Assembly (NCBI GenBank): GCA_012295275.1
Contig: CM022673.1
Coordinates: 22,568,001 to 22,632,000 of the forward strand
DNA: 64,000 nucleotides
Direction: 5' to 3'
Origin: Chrysomallon squamiferum
Taxonomy: Eukaryota; Animalia; Mollusca
The position numbers and the translations under genes are program-made. The notes beneath the pieces were generated by a model that was not told where the DNA came from, made no database searches, and was given only the letters and a program-made list of their open reading frames with translations. This document shows, one piece after another, positions 13,201 to 27,700 of the stretch. The number at the start of each line of letters is the position of its first letter. Within the stretch, counting starts at the first letter, position 1.

Positions 13201-15496
13201 ATTTCATCATTTCTTGATTTAGAACATTCTAAATGATACAGAAACTGTAAACTGAATAATTAGCCAAAAATGAAAAATCATGGTTTGTGTCAGAATTTTA
13301 CTCAGCTTGGGGATACACACTATATTTCAATTTTGCCTGCTTCTTTGGTTTAAGCAGTCCGCAGAAAATGCTAGAATTGTTTTTAAAGGTAAGTAGTACA
13401 TGACAATTAGATCTATACATTTTCATATTCTTGAAAATTCTGCTTTTATGAAAGAACAGAATACAAGCTGTAAGCTGGACAATAACAAAATTTAGACTGA
13501 AACTAAACCCTTACCATAGCTGTATGTATTTGTAATTAGAATCTTATACATTTTGTTTTGTTTGGGTTGTTTTAAATTAATTTTTTTTTTTATATATATT
13601 AATATTTGTTTGCTATAAATATGATTCACATAGAGCTGTGTGAATAATCATGTAAAAAATACCAGTGGAAAAGAATTAAGCAGAAATCATACTATTCCAT
13701 GTTCAATGACTGCTGTTTGAAATGTACTTTACATGAAATGAAAGTTTATATGCCTATATATTTAAAAGAAATATTGTATAACATTAGTACTACCTGAGGT
13801 TTAGTAATTGAAGTATCTTGTACCAGACGACAGTTAATATAATCAAGTACTCACATGTTAAACAAAATACTTATTATTCATTACATGGGCTATTCATTCA
13901 GAATTACTAAATCAATCTTGACTAGGTTATGTTTTCATGTTTAATGCTGAGCACTACATTTCAGTAGCCCATTCTTTTCAGTCAAAAAAACAACAACAGA
14001 TTTTGATGTGAGGAAGCAGGTTTCCTTTTTCATACTCTATATTTAAATACAACAATTTCCCTCATGTGTAATAGTTGCCATTGTGTAATACCTAACAACT
14101 GTTCATTTTATATTTGTCTCCATTTTCGATACTAGATTCAAGAGATATAAGCAATTTTATAATACTTATAACATATCTCAGGAACTAATGGGCCAAACTT
14201 CATAAAACTGGTATTGTTGAAAAGGCAATATAACAAAGATTCCAAATCTGCCATTATTGTTCAGTTTGGAAATTTTGGAGGTACACTGACCTTTTAACTT
14301 TGTTATGACCTTGAAATTGACCTTGTGGATCACATGACCTTGAGATGACCTTTATTGAAATTTAATCTCCCACATGTGGGTGATTTGATATGGAATGACC
14401 CAAAAGTTAGTTTCTGGTTATTTGTATTTTCTCTTTATTATGTAGTTCTTCAAAGTGGAGTATAAATTAATGTATTGAGATATCTGAAGATTAGTAAATA
14501 TTTTAGTTTATCAAATATAAAAATGATATTGTTATTTATGTTGTGTTGCAACCTGGTGTAGAAAAAAGGCATTGATAAACACATCTGCATAAAATAGAAT
14601 TGAAAATTTTGAAAAACTTACATTATGTTATTACACTTTGAATATATGTTCTAGAAGTAAAATCTTTATCTGTAAGTTTAAAACATTTCTGAATATAATA
14701 ATTTATTAAAACATATTTTTATTTTTTTTAATAGTAAAATTGATATTAAAACAATATTTAAATACATTTATTATTACTATTTTTTAATTTTTTAATTTAA
14801 ACTTGCAAGTTGGTGCATCTGCTGGAAAAGATCTGAAAAACTGATGAAGAAAAAAACTGATGACAGAGAAAAAAAAAAAAAATGATTGTTGCTACTTTGT
14901 TTTTGTTTTTTTGCAAAGCCATTATTGTTAACAGTTTTTATTATCAATTATATACAGGTTAAACTGTATTATTGATCAACCATTTATTTTATGATTACTT
15001 CAAGGTAAGATTATCGGATTTTCCAGCAGTATAAGATTTCTTGTCATTGAATTATTTATGGCTATTAAATGAATAAAGATTGTGTTTTTTTCCACAGAAA
15101 AAAGCCAGTTATGGATAAAAGATTTAAGAACAGTTGTTTTTGTTAATAAATCAGTGTGAATTTATTACATTCATGTGTAAAATGAACTGACTGCATCATT
15201 TGCTGCTTTTAATGTTAAAACAATGTACTTGTACATAAATTTTGTTTTATATATAATACAGTAAAATAAAATTAAACTCGTAAGTCAACATACCACAGTA
15301 TATGGCTTTAACTAAAATAAAAGAATATTTAATGTGAATATACAAAACAAACAAGAAGGAAAAAAAGAATGAAAAAAAGAAAGAATATCGTATATAGTAA
15401 GTTTAAAACTCTTGTAAAGATAAAAAGTTATTACTCCAGAAGTAAAATAAAATGATTTTTTAAAAACAACAAACCCTGCTATCAAAAAACTAAATT

Positions 15497-15537
<41 letters not shown>

Positions 15538-16143
15538 TGCATTAAAAGTATAATCAATAACATAAGGAACAAAAATACAAAACAGCTTGTAATGGTCTTA
15601 AAGTTGTCATATTTATATTTCCATTCTTGATCATTCCAAAAATAGAAGCACTGAAATGAATGTGTCGATTATATCAAAACAGATTTTTTTGAGTCCTATC
15701 AAAACACATTCAGAAATTAGAGCTGCTCACACACTGCTGACGTCAAAGGCTGGAAACTTATTAAATGAAACTTCAACTTGGCTGATCCCATTTTCTTAAG
15801 CTGTATGTCTTTATCAAGGCACACTTCATCAAACAGTGCTCAGGCTACACATCTTCATGGTTTTTGGAATGCATTAAGTTATTTTGCAGTAGTGTTAACT
15901 GATCTACAATTACAATGTGATGTGTCACTGCACAGGCATCATTTAACTTAATATTTGGTCTGTTGTCTTCTTGTGCTCCTGGAGATGATGATTATTATTA
16001 TTATTATTTATTTATTTTAATCTTCTTTAATGTTTATGCATGTGTAAATTATTATTTTCTGCTTTTCCCCTGCCCTGACTACAAAAAAAAATAAATAAAT
16101 AAGCAAACAAACAAACAAATAATAACAAAAAAAAAAAGAATAA

Positions 16144-16181
<38 letters not shown>

Positions 16182-19100
16182 AAAACTTATTAAATAAGAA
16201 AGAAAATCCTTTTATGATTTCACTATAGATGATAATTTGCCAAACACATAAAGCCACAGTAATTAAGGTTTGTGCTTATTCTGTTAATTAGGACTAACAG
16301 TATATACCATTTGTAGAGTGGTAATTCATCAAACAATAGTACACATTCACAGAAATACTTTCACTGAAAATGTAACTTAATTAATATACTTATCATTATT
16401 GTGTCTTTGGTTGTTGTTGTTGTTGTTTGTTTGTTTTTTTTTTTTTTTTAATGATTTCTATATTGTGAAAGATAGATAATGAGACAGATAATTTGGATTT
16501 GTCCTTTTTAATGCTGAAATAGGATGATTTGTTTTCTCTCCTATAAAATTAATTTTTAACTTTCTGTTTATTTATTTATTTACTTATTTAAACTTGTTAT
16601 ATTTCAAAATAATTGTTTCTAATTAAGAGAATACTGAAAAGTCTTCTAATATTTTTAAAAGCTAAAAGCAGCAACATTATAGGCAGACACATTAAAATAT
16701 GTAATATGTTCTGAAAACTAACAGAAGATAAAAAAAAGAATTCTTTTTGAAAAAACATTATGTGCAGATTTTAGCATTACTCTTACTTTCTGCAAGACCA
16801 GGAAGTGAGAAAAAAACAACTATGCAACACAAATCATGGTTGCATGTTTTTAATCAATTAGAGCAAGGTGAATCCTCATCTGTTTGCCAATAAATATTCA
16901 CATCAGTGAATGTCAAAAATGAGAAATGTTCTAGACCACAGAGAAAAGATGGTATATTAGATAGAAGAAGAAAATTGCTGTTGAATTGTATTTATTATTG
17001 ACTTGTTTTGTGGTAGACAGGTTAATAGCAGGGTAACATTCTGGTGGAAATTGTTATAAAATCATATTTTTAGTCTGTATGGAAGTTAGTATAAGATGGA
17101 ATACAGATATGTTGGATGAAATTTGTTTTTTAATTGTTTGACAGTATTTCAGTATTTCATGTACTCTGACACTCAGTTAATATATCTAAGTACCTGTTCT
17201 ACAATACATATCAAAAACAATAACATGAAATCAAAAAACTTCACATGCACAATGACATAGTTTATGTTCTTATTTTTAAAAAATATAACTTATGCAAATT
17301 TGCAACAGACTGTCATTTGTTTAACAGAATTGTATAGTTTGGTAACATAATCCTGTGGTTCTGTTGGTAATCTGGTTAATATCACAAGTAAAGTGTGGTT
17401 TTCTAACACTGTCTAAGTCCATTGAATATCTGGAAGATGTTCTCTATTGCTGTCATACTCTGGTGGATCTCATTGATTTTTATACAATTATTGATCTTCA
17501 GTTTATGTCTAAAAAATTTCCCAATTGCCTCCAGTGAATGACTGTAACATTGGTTAATGCTGATAGGCTGAGAAGCACGAATAACTGGAAGATTTGCTGA
17601 TATGTTTGTTATGATCATGGTACAGGAACATTTTGTTGATTGATCTGCAACCATCAATGAGAGGAATGCATACAAAGAAATCTGTATTTTAATAGCATCT
17701 GAAGCATTTGTTGATAGTTACATAGTGGTAATGAAAATTGACAATAATAGCAAAGAGAATTTGCATATATTTCATACTGTAACTGTGTAACTGGAGTTTT
17801 TCTGATGCTTTTAAAATCATGATTATTATCTATTAAATTATCAGTATATTATAAAATATCTGCTGATTGAGCTGTTATCATTATATTATTTAATTATCTG
17901 CTCAGAAAATTGAAATCAAGATCACATTGGAAACTATGTTGTTGGATTGTAATGACAATGGTTTGAAAATACTGGCATCATGATTAAAAACAGTAATGCA
18001 TCATTTTTATTTTACTGCTGGACTTTTTCTGTGTCTATTTTATTCAGTGGTCTCATATACTGTCTTTTCTTATTTCATAGTAAAACTGTCAAAAATAAAT
18101 TATACGTCCAACAGCAGTTTTTAAACATCTTTCACATTAAAAAACAGATATAGTTAAACCAGTACTTTCTTTAAAAAAGTAAAGCTAAAGTCATATTCTT
18201 GGTTTTGTCATGGTTATTAACCTTAACCCAGATGTGTTTGTATGTAGCACCAGAATAAATATGTTAGTATCTTGCAAACTAACCCAAACCTTTCTTACTT
18301 TTCTTCAGGAGGAACAAAGAGCCCGGCTGAAGGCTGAGAAGATAAGAATAGCCCTGGAGAAAATAAAACAAGCAAAAATACGCAAGGTAAACTCAGATAA
18401 TGAACAGGGAAATCTAGTAGCGATTTTGTTTTCTACATTTGTGTTAATTTCAAACAAAAACAAAAAAATCAACAAATACAACCACAACAAACAACAACAA
18501 AATTTTTATCTAGATACAGCAGATTCAGATGTAGTCATTCTTTCTGAAAGGCTATGGAATTGTCACAGACAGACAGACAGGTACACACATATATACATAT
18601 ATAACAAGTTCATTAATATGTTTAATTAATAAAATGAAATGCAGCTGATTTTTTTTTTTTTTAAATATTGCATATAGTCCTTACAATTAAAAACAAGATG
18701 TATACAAAAAAAAACAGACCACAACTTCAATATAGAACAGAATACAGCTTTTAATCTTGTTTTCAGAGACATTTGTGTTACTATCCACTTACTGTAATTT
18801 TGTTCTTTGTTTTCTGAATTGTTGGTAATAAGTTCAATATGATCAGACAGCACTCCTGTTGAGATATCATTCCAGTGATCAGAAACAGCAAAAAAACCAC
18901 AAACTGTCTGCCTCCATGGACTAAATCATATCATTTTATTGGGTTTTTTAAACATAATTATTATTATTATTATTATTTATCTATTTTCATTTTTTTAATA
19001 TTAGTTTTTAATTATTATTATTTTGTTAAGCATTAAGTGTTTGTTACTGCATCAGATACTTTCTAAGGCACATATTTGAGATCTGTGAAAGAAAATATAT

Positions 19101-22100
19101 ATTGAAAAAGAATTTAAATCTGGGAGCTTAGAGATTCAAATTATTTGCTTGGTTCAGAGTTTAGTGATATTTTAAAGTTTGCCCAAGGAAAATACTACCA
19201 GTAGACAGATATCACAAACTCTGAGGACTTGTTTTTGTAATCTGGAATAATAAAATAAAGAGAATTAATCATCCAGCAGACAGTAATTTAAAACATTCTC
19301 AATGTATTTTAAAGAATGTTTTAGATTAATTTCCATTCTGGTCAGTGCTCCATGACTGCTGCAAAGTTTGTAGTAAGTAACCTATATCCAACTATTTTAA
19401 ATGGAGCATTTGCAGTGTTTCTTATAAAATATATCACTTCAGCTATTTTATTGCTATTGTTAATGATATTACTCTGTTGTGGTTATTACTATTACTGACT
19501 GCTGTTACATTTTAATGATTTAGAAAAATATTTTATTTTCAGTTATTTGTTCGAGCATTTGCAAAGGACGGGAGCAGCAAAAGTATCTTGGTGGATGAAA
19601 AGATGACTGTTGGTCATGTGACCAGCTTACTGACAGACAAGAACCACATGAAACTTAATACAAAACTAACTGTCATAGAACACATGCCAGACTTGTTTAT
19701 GGGTATGTCTGAAAAACTAATTTTATTCTGTCTCACAGAATTATATAAAGATATACATATGTAAAACTATAAGGAGTGTGTGCATGTGTGTGTGTTTTAT
19801 AAAATAGCTGAAGTATTAGGATATTTCATGATATTAGTTACAGACATGATTTCTACCTGACTGACTGATACTTCTGTAAGTAAGAATACGTTAACAAGTT
19901 TGTCTCTCAAATAAGGTATAGAATTCTCTCAGAACCATGTAGAAGAAAAACCAACAGAACTGCCATCCATTCAGTCATGAATAATAATTGTGACAGAATC
20001 ACAATGGCAATTTGCCTTTATGTGTGGTACTTCACAGTCACCAGATCAGGTTACAGTGTGTGGGTATATACATCTGATAATATTTGTGTCAATAAGCCTG
20101 CAAGCATATCAGTTTCACTTTAGTAGGTCTCTGTTAATGGCTGATATGTCTAGATTAAAAAAATGTTTGTTTTCACCTGCAGTAAATATATGTATAATGT
20201 CAGAATATTTATTATATGCACATAGCATTATGCATTCACACATAGCCTTAAGCAAATAGGGTAATCTAAGAATTACTATCTGTAATACAGGACTTGACAT
20301 ATAACCTGAATACTGTGTAAAGTAGATCTTCTCCAGAGAATTTGAATTGGCACTGCTATTAACTATGACACCTTAATGATTAAGTTAGAAGGGAAATGTT
20401 TCATAACAACAATTATTGCACTTCTATACCCCATATTGATAACTTATATGATGTCAGGTTTTCTATATGCATATATTATGGTCTCCAGCAGATAATTGAC
20501 AAGAGTTAAGACAGCTAGTATTAATAGTCTAAAACTCAACACTTTTGTATTATAACTGAGACAAAAGATTTTAACTTGAACAATAAACTCATCATTACCC
20601 TAACACTGAAAACATGGCAACATTTGTAAATGATTCCCATAATTTTGTGTACAAATAGATCTGTTATCACTGAAAAGATTTTCATCCATTCTTCTTAGAG
20701 AATTAATTACCTGTGTCTTTTATAAAACATGACTCATAGACACACAAAAAATATTTGTCATGTTGTTACATGACTTGAAAATGTTAATTTCCATCTTAGT
20801 TGTTAGATCTTCATTGTTTTTTTTCTGTGAACTGTCAAACAGATAGTAATAATTAATAAAAATAATGGTGAAAAACTAACTTGTAATCAAGTCGGTGCCA
20901 GTAAATTTTGGTAGGGTTAAGTCTAATGTATAATTAAATAGTTTGACTTACGAATTTTATTATTTAAAAGTTATTGTTAGAGATCTAAATCTTATGTTAT
21001 TTCATTTGAAAAAAGACATTTTGAATTGCAGTATGTCACACTGACTGAATGAAGTTTTATTTATATTACCATTGTTGCAGTAATGTGATTTTTTATTACA
21101 GTGTTATTATTACAACTACTGATACTAACAGTAATACTGAAGATTATGTTGTTATAGTATTAGTAAATAAATTAATAGGGATACTTTTATGGTATTGATA
21201 ACACAGGATATTTGATTAAATAGGCACACAGAAAAAAATGGCACTCCCAGGTCCATATTTTTCATGAAACATGTTATAAAATTTCAGTTTTTATCAACTT
21301 TACATTTACATGTAATGGATACTGGCTAGTATGTTTCATATTATGTGGTTTGTATGCATAAAAAAGGAAAAATTGCAATAAAATCATAAAAAGAACAAAA
21401 AAATCTTTAAACAAAGAAATTATATTTATTAATTAACTTACAAAATACTACTACTTCTACAACTAATAATAATAATAATTTCTTGAACAGTTTTTTAATT
21501 TTCATAAAATACATCATATATCTGAATTTTAAAATTTTGTAACAGTGACTCAGGAATTTCAGATTGTTGCAAGCTGTTGTTGGTATAATAACATAAATAT
21601 GCAATAAATTAATTGTGCTTCACCTCTATGTTACAGCTAAATGGTGGTGTTCAAATTACCAAGTTTCCTCTCCTTTTCATTAACACAGCAGCCATTTCCA
21701 ATGAGTTTTGGCTTTAAATTTAGATAATTTTCAAGGTTACTAATGTGACAAATGAGTCAGCCAGTCTTTTAATGGTTACTGATAAAAACAGCCCAGTGTT
21801 TGTTTCAGTTTTTATTTGATATCCACAAATAATAGCAGTTTATGTAAATTTAGGGTTAAACTTAAATATATACATTATATATATTTAATTGTATAATGAA
21901 GTACAAATGAAAATTGTAGGCCTATTTCTTGTTAATAATATACAGATATTTTGATTAAGACAGTTTATTAACAGTTTAGTCAATAACACGTATTGCATTT
22001 TAAAAATATGAATTAGTACCAAATTCTATTTATATTCCACAATTATATTATTAAAGTTGTTTGTGTGTATTGTTCTGTAGTGTTTTCTTGTTGGTTTTTT

Positions 22101-24710
22101 TTTTTTTTAAACATTTTCTGGTTACTTAGTAAATAAATCTTTAAACATTCTATTTTTGTGGAAACATGGTTATTAAAATTAATTTTATGCCTCTTGTTAT
22201 TTTTAATGTGAATTTTTTTTTTTTTTTTTTTTATGTTGTAAGACTTTATAATTTTTTTTAAAAAGTAAGTACCGTATATACTTGTGTACAAGGCAACCTT
22301 ATGTATAAGTCAATGTGTATTTTAAGACCAAAAATTGCGTCATTTTAGGTATTACTTCAGGCAATTACAGAATTACACAAGTGAGTTTTGTTTATGAAAT
22401 TAGGACCGATATTTAGTGCAATTTGTCAGAGAAGTCTGCATTCCTAGATCACTGCAAGACGCCGTAAGGCATAACGCCGTACTGAAGGTTTTCTCACTTT
22501 AAAATGTATTTTTATGTCATTAAACGGAAGAATATAATGTTTTTCATTCATATTTGGTTTTGTTATTTAATTTTTCAAAAATTTTTATATGATAAAATTA
22601 TATTTTTGAAAAGCTGAAAGACCGCGATTATTTTAAATGCATCTTGTAGCAAAAAATAGTCAAAATGGCGACTCTTCAGCAACAGCTACAAAAGCATTAC
22701 CTATGTATAAGTCGACCCCCAAAATATTACCTTAATATAGTCTCCCAAAAATTCGACTTATACACAAGTATATACGGTACATAATTTTTTTTTATAAATG
22801 TATCAAAATAGCAACAAAAGAAGAAAAATACAGCATAAAAACTGCAGTTTGTTAAATTGACAGAAATAATCAGAGTAACCAGATAGTTTTTCTTTATTAT
22901 TTGTTGTTTGTTTTTTTAGTTTTTTTCCTAAAAATATTGCTATTAAAGAAAGAAAACTTTTCAGAGAGATAATTAACATGATTTAATAAAGACAATAAAT
23001 GTGGTATGAATTTGTATTTTTCAGAAAGAATCCTTGAGGACCATGATTCTCTGGTAGAAAACATGGTGATGTGGACAAGAGACTCGAAAAATAAAATTCT
23101 TTTTGAGGAACGACAAGAAAAATATGACATTTTTCAACATCCTGAGGTGAGTGGATCAAACATTGAATAACTGTTATCTTCTCTTTTTTGATACATCTGA
23201 AATTTTTTATGTATTTAAAATGTGTTTGTGTATAATAGGTTTTATTAGTGTTTATTAATGACTGTTTTATTTATAGAAATACTTGCTGATGGGAACATCA
23301 TCAGAGAAGGGAATTTCTTTAAGTCCAAAACAACAAGAAAACTTGATACAGGTGAAAAAAATAATAATGATTTAAAATGTGGTTACTAGAATAAACTTTT
23401 TTACAGTTGTCTAGATTCAGGCTATAAAGTAAATATTCTTTTTAAGCTTCATTCATGTTGTCTTTAATATGAATTAAATTTTAAATGTCATTTGAAACAT
23501 GTAATATTGTTAGTGAGAAAACATGATTTAGAAGACTATTAAGATAACAAATTTAAAAGAAAATGAGTTAAAAGAAGTTTGAAATTTTTACTTTAAATTA
23601 TTATTTTTTTTATCAGGAATTTTTCTCTCGGCCTGGTTCACATGTACCTGATGTAGAAGGTGCATTGTATTTGAAATCTGATGGGAAGAAAGCATGGAAG
23701 AAATATTTCTTTGTTTTACGTGCATCTGGACTGTACTATAATCCTAGAGGAAAAACTAGCAAGGTATTATAATTATGTTTAAATTATGGGTTTGATTGTA
23801 TGAACAAATATAAATGCATTTATTTAGTATACTTGCAAGTTTTAGTTGTCATTACACACCATATTCTATCAGTAATAAAAGATTGATGTAGAGTATGAAG
23901 ACATTATTTTTTGCACTGACAGAAAAATTTATAATACCTGTAATAACTCTGATCTTGTTAATTAATTGTCAGGCTCGATTTCAAAAATGTAAATTCACAG
24001 GGGTTTTTTCCTACCACTAATAACATTACTAGATGTTAAGAGGCTTTTATTGTGATTAAAATTTAATAAATTAATTGTTCTGAGTATGTGGATACTATAT
24101 ATTTTTGTTTACAACCATGTTTTATTATTATCATCATCATCATCAGTATCATCATCATTATTATTATTGTTACTTTCAGGCACCCAAAGATTTGGTTTGT
24201 CTTGTGCAGTTTGAGTTTGTTGAGGTGTACTATGGACTTGGTTGGAAGAAAAAATACCATGCACCAACTGATTACTGTTTTGCACTAAAGGTAACAAAAA
24301 TTCCTGATAAAAAAATAAAAATAAAAATGATTAAATTAAGTCAACTTAAGTGATTAGACATTCCTATTCTCCAGGAACTAACCAGTAAATATTTCAATAC
24401 TGTTTATATGAAATGGAATACTCAAAACTTCAGGCTTAAACTATAAATGGTAACTTGAAAACAACTTATGTGATGGCTGGTTTAGGAATTCAGGACAGAT
24501 TGCCCTGAAAACAGTTTGCCTGCCTCCTGTAATTGGCAGAGTAAAAATTCCAATAAGAAAAATACTTTGTCAAAAGATACACAGCTAAAATAAACTATGC
24601 AATATGTAGAGTCTATACGTCTTAATATTTGTTAATGGCACAAATCAGTAAATAATATAATATGAACAAATTTATAAAAATGTACATACACTGTTTATTT
24701 TCATTTTTTT

Positions 24711-24754
<44 letters not shown>

Positions 24755-27700
24755 ATAACACTGAACATTAAAATAAAAAACCAGTGATGAAACAAGGAAA
24801 ATGGCAGTTTATTACATTATTTCATAATTAACAATAGCAGCAGCTGGTGTGAAGAAACTAAAAACTGACTTTGGAGTGAATTTGCAGTCTGTGCATACTA
24901 TCTCTTTGGACACATTTTATAAAAATTTAATATTAATGTTTTTAATTGCAGCATCCACAGATACAGAAGAAGAACTCAAAGTACATCAGATATTTCTGTG
25001 CAGAGAGCAAAACTGCTTTAGACCAATGGGTAATGGGAATCAGGTTGTCAAAAGTATGTATAAAATTTAAAATAACTTTTTTGTGTTGATATTTCATAAT
25101 TTGCTTTAACTTAATTCTTGTCTTTCCTTTGTACTTATACAGTCTGTGGGTTTATAAGGAAATCATTTTATTTTTCATCTTATATTAATATTCATATTTT
25201 CTTTTAAAATAATTCTCACTTCATTGTTTTATTTGTTTTCTCTATCCCTCAAAAGTTTTATTATATTTAAAATTGTTTACACTATTTATAAAATTGATAT
25301 ATATATTTTGTTTGTTTGATACATAAATACAATTCTTAGGTATATAATTTTGGGGTCTTGAAATAATTGATTGTTATTATTATTACTGTGGTTTTTCTGT
25401 AATTTTATTTTAGAACATGAATAGTTTACAGTTTTGAAAATTCTTCATTAATTTTGCCTCAGAGAACAAAATACAAAATACAAAAATACAAAAAGAAAAA
25501 AGAATGAATTATTAACGATTTTAAATATTAATGATTTTTGTAGTTTTTTAAATTATGATTGTAATTAAATTTTTTAGATTGGTAAGCAAGTCTTGTACAA
25601 TTATGACAGACTGCAGCATGACGTATCAATATGGGATCTGCGTGATAGCACTGAACAAGTGAATAATTTCCATTCTTCCAAATACCTTAATGACAGTATA
25701 TCTCTAAACAACATGGGAAACCTTCACAGCAGCCAAATGTCAGTTCCAGAACCAAATTCAAGGCACTCTATTGTTACTGTGGTGAATTCTTCTTTAGTTC
25801 GAAATAGTACTTCTGGAGGTCCAGATTGTGAAAATCCAGATGAAATTATTGGAATTGAGATCACTCCAATACCAAATCGAAAAAGTTCTGTTGGTGGTAT
25901 GAGCTGTGGGGAGTCAGCACAACCAAAGACTCCAGTAAAGCGTGTGTCCTTCAGCAATACTCATAGCATCATCAATGCAGATACTGGTGAAGAACTTCTA
26001 CATCCAAAACACAGAGACTCAATAACAAGTGCATCAACTGATTCTAGTGAAGATTCTAACTCCAGTGGTGAAGGTAGGCACAGTTTGTCAGCAAGAGGGA
26101 AGTTGCGGCCAAAATTGCCTGTGACAACAGAAACAACTCGCCAGTTATCAGAAATGTTCCAGACATCCACTGACAACATGTCGCAGTATGGAGACTCAGT
26201 CTTTTTAGATGAACGGAAACCTTCAATAGGTTATTCAGAGAAAAGACGGTCATCATCTTCTTCTATTTCAAGTGACAAAGATAAAAGAGCAAATGAAATT
26301 GGAAATAAAAAGATTTCACATGTTCGGAGTTCATCTGGCCCTTCACAATCTATGCCAACATCACAGAGAAATGAGATGTTTTCATCTCAGAATGAAACCA
26401 ACAACCAGAAAAGTGTCGTATCTCAGTCAGTATCACCTCAGAGTGCAAGGCAGCACACACCTCCACCACCAGCTACCAACATGATACAAAACCCTTCCCG
26501 GAATGCTCCAGTTTCCAATATTGCTTCCACACCAGTTACAACATCAGCACCAAGTTGTCCTCCACTGATCTCTACAAAACTACAAATGTCACCTAATCCT
26601 TCTTCTCAGACATCACTTCAAACATCTCCTAATGTCCCTTCTCAAAGGTCATGTAAGGCACCATCCCCAGCCAACATATGTTCTCCGCAACAGATGAACA
26701 ATCCACAGAACTCTTCAGATATTTATGTGAAGTCATCTCCAAGGTATGACAGAATTAATACTTATGAGAACATTTCAAATGGATATGCTTCTGGAATAAA
26801 TGGAACAATGCCTCAGCTATATCCTGGTCAAGCACCTCAATCACATCCAGGGCAGGCTTCCCAACAGCAACATGGAAGCAGGGGACCACCACCACCACCA
26901 CCTCAGAAAAGTCATCATCCACCTCAGTCAACAGCTGCTAAGAGTCATCCACCACCACCTTCGGTGTCACAAAGGCATCCTGGAACCATGAATGGAATGC
27001 CTCTTAGTCCACAGATAAGCAGAACTCCAGGTATTGAAGCTTGTATGAATGGATCTTTAGGTGATATTCGCAAGTCATCAAGATCAGATGGTGAAGGAGG
27101 ATCACCTACAAGATCAGCTATTCCTATGCCAGTGCCAATAACACCACAAGAACAACATCCACCTATTACAGCTCCAAAGCCAAAACAGCCACCCGTATCT
27201 CCTGCTGTTAGTCAGCACAACAAAAAGCAACAACAACAAGCAGTGCAAAATGGAACTCATTTTGCTAAACTGTCTGAAACAAATCACCCTGAGTCACCAG
27301 GTTTTGCTGATCATGGTATACCAATGCCACCACCAATGCCACTGTTGCAGACATCACCAACACAATCAATTTCTCAGAGATTGTCCAGCATTAAACATCC
27401 TACCCCCACAACTCCTTTAATTACTGCCAATAAAAGTAAACATGGACCCAAAAATATTCAGAGAACCAATAGTGCAATGAAAGGGATTGTGGATAATGAG
27501 AGTGGTATATCTCTGCCATTTTTAGCAGAGTTATCCAAAAGGTCATCTAATGTCCAAAATGGTCAACCAAATCAGGTTCATCAGGGACATAGCCATGGAA
27601 TGAAGAGAGAAAACCATACTGCTGAATGTTTTTCTAATTCTAACCAGTCCAACAAAGCAAATCATAGACGTTCATCATCAACAGGTGGTAGTGGTGGTGG

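Noticed and set aside
14958-15010. AAG|GTAAGA donor-like site in intron 2
   Set aside because: The phase 0 frame has a nearby upstream stop and no ATG, and the nearby ATG gives phase 2, which does not fit exon 3. A non-coding exon cannot be excluded.
17355-17675. Two ORFs in a slightly GC-richer intron patch
   Set aside because: No recognisable domain and no splice sites that fit the MRL frame.
18210-18308. In-frame ATG extension upstream of exon 3 (ORF 18210-18629)
   Set aside because: It runs through a clear polypyrimidine tract and AG acceptor, and downstream past the donor into A-rich intron. Most simply intron read-through.
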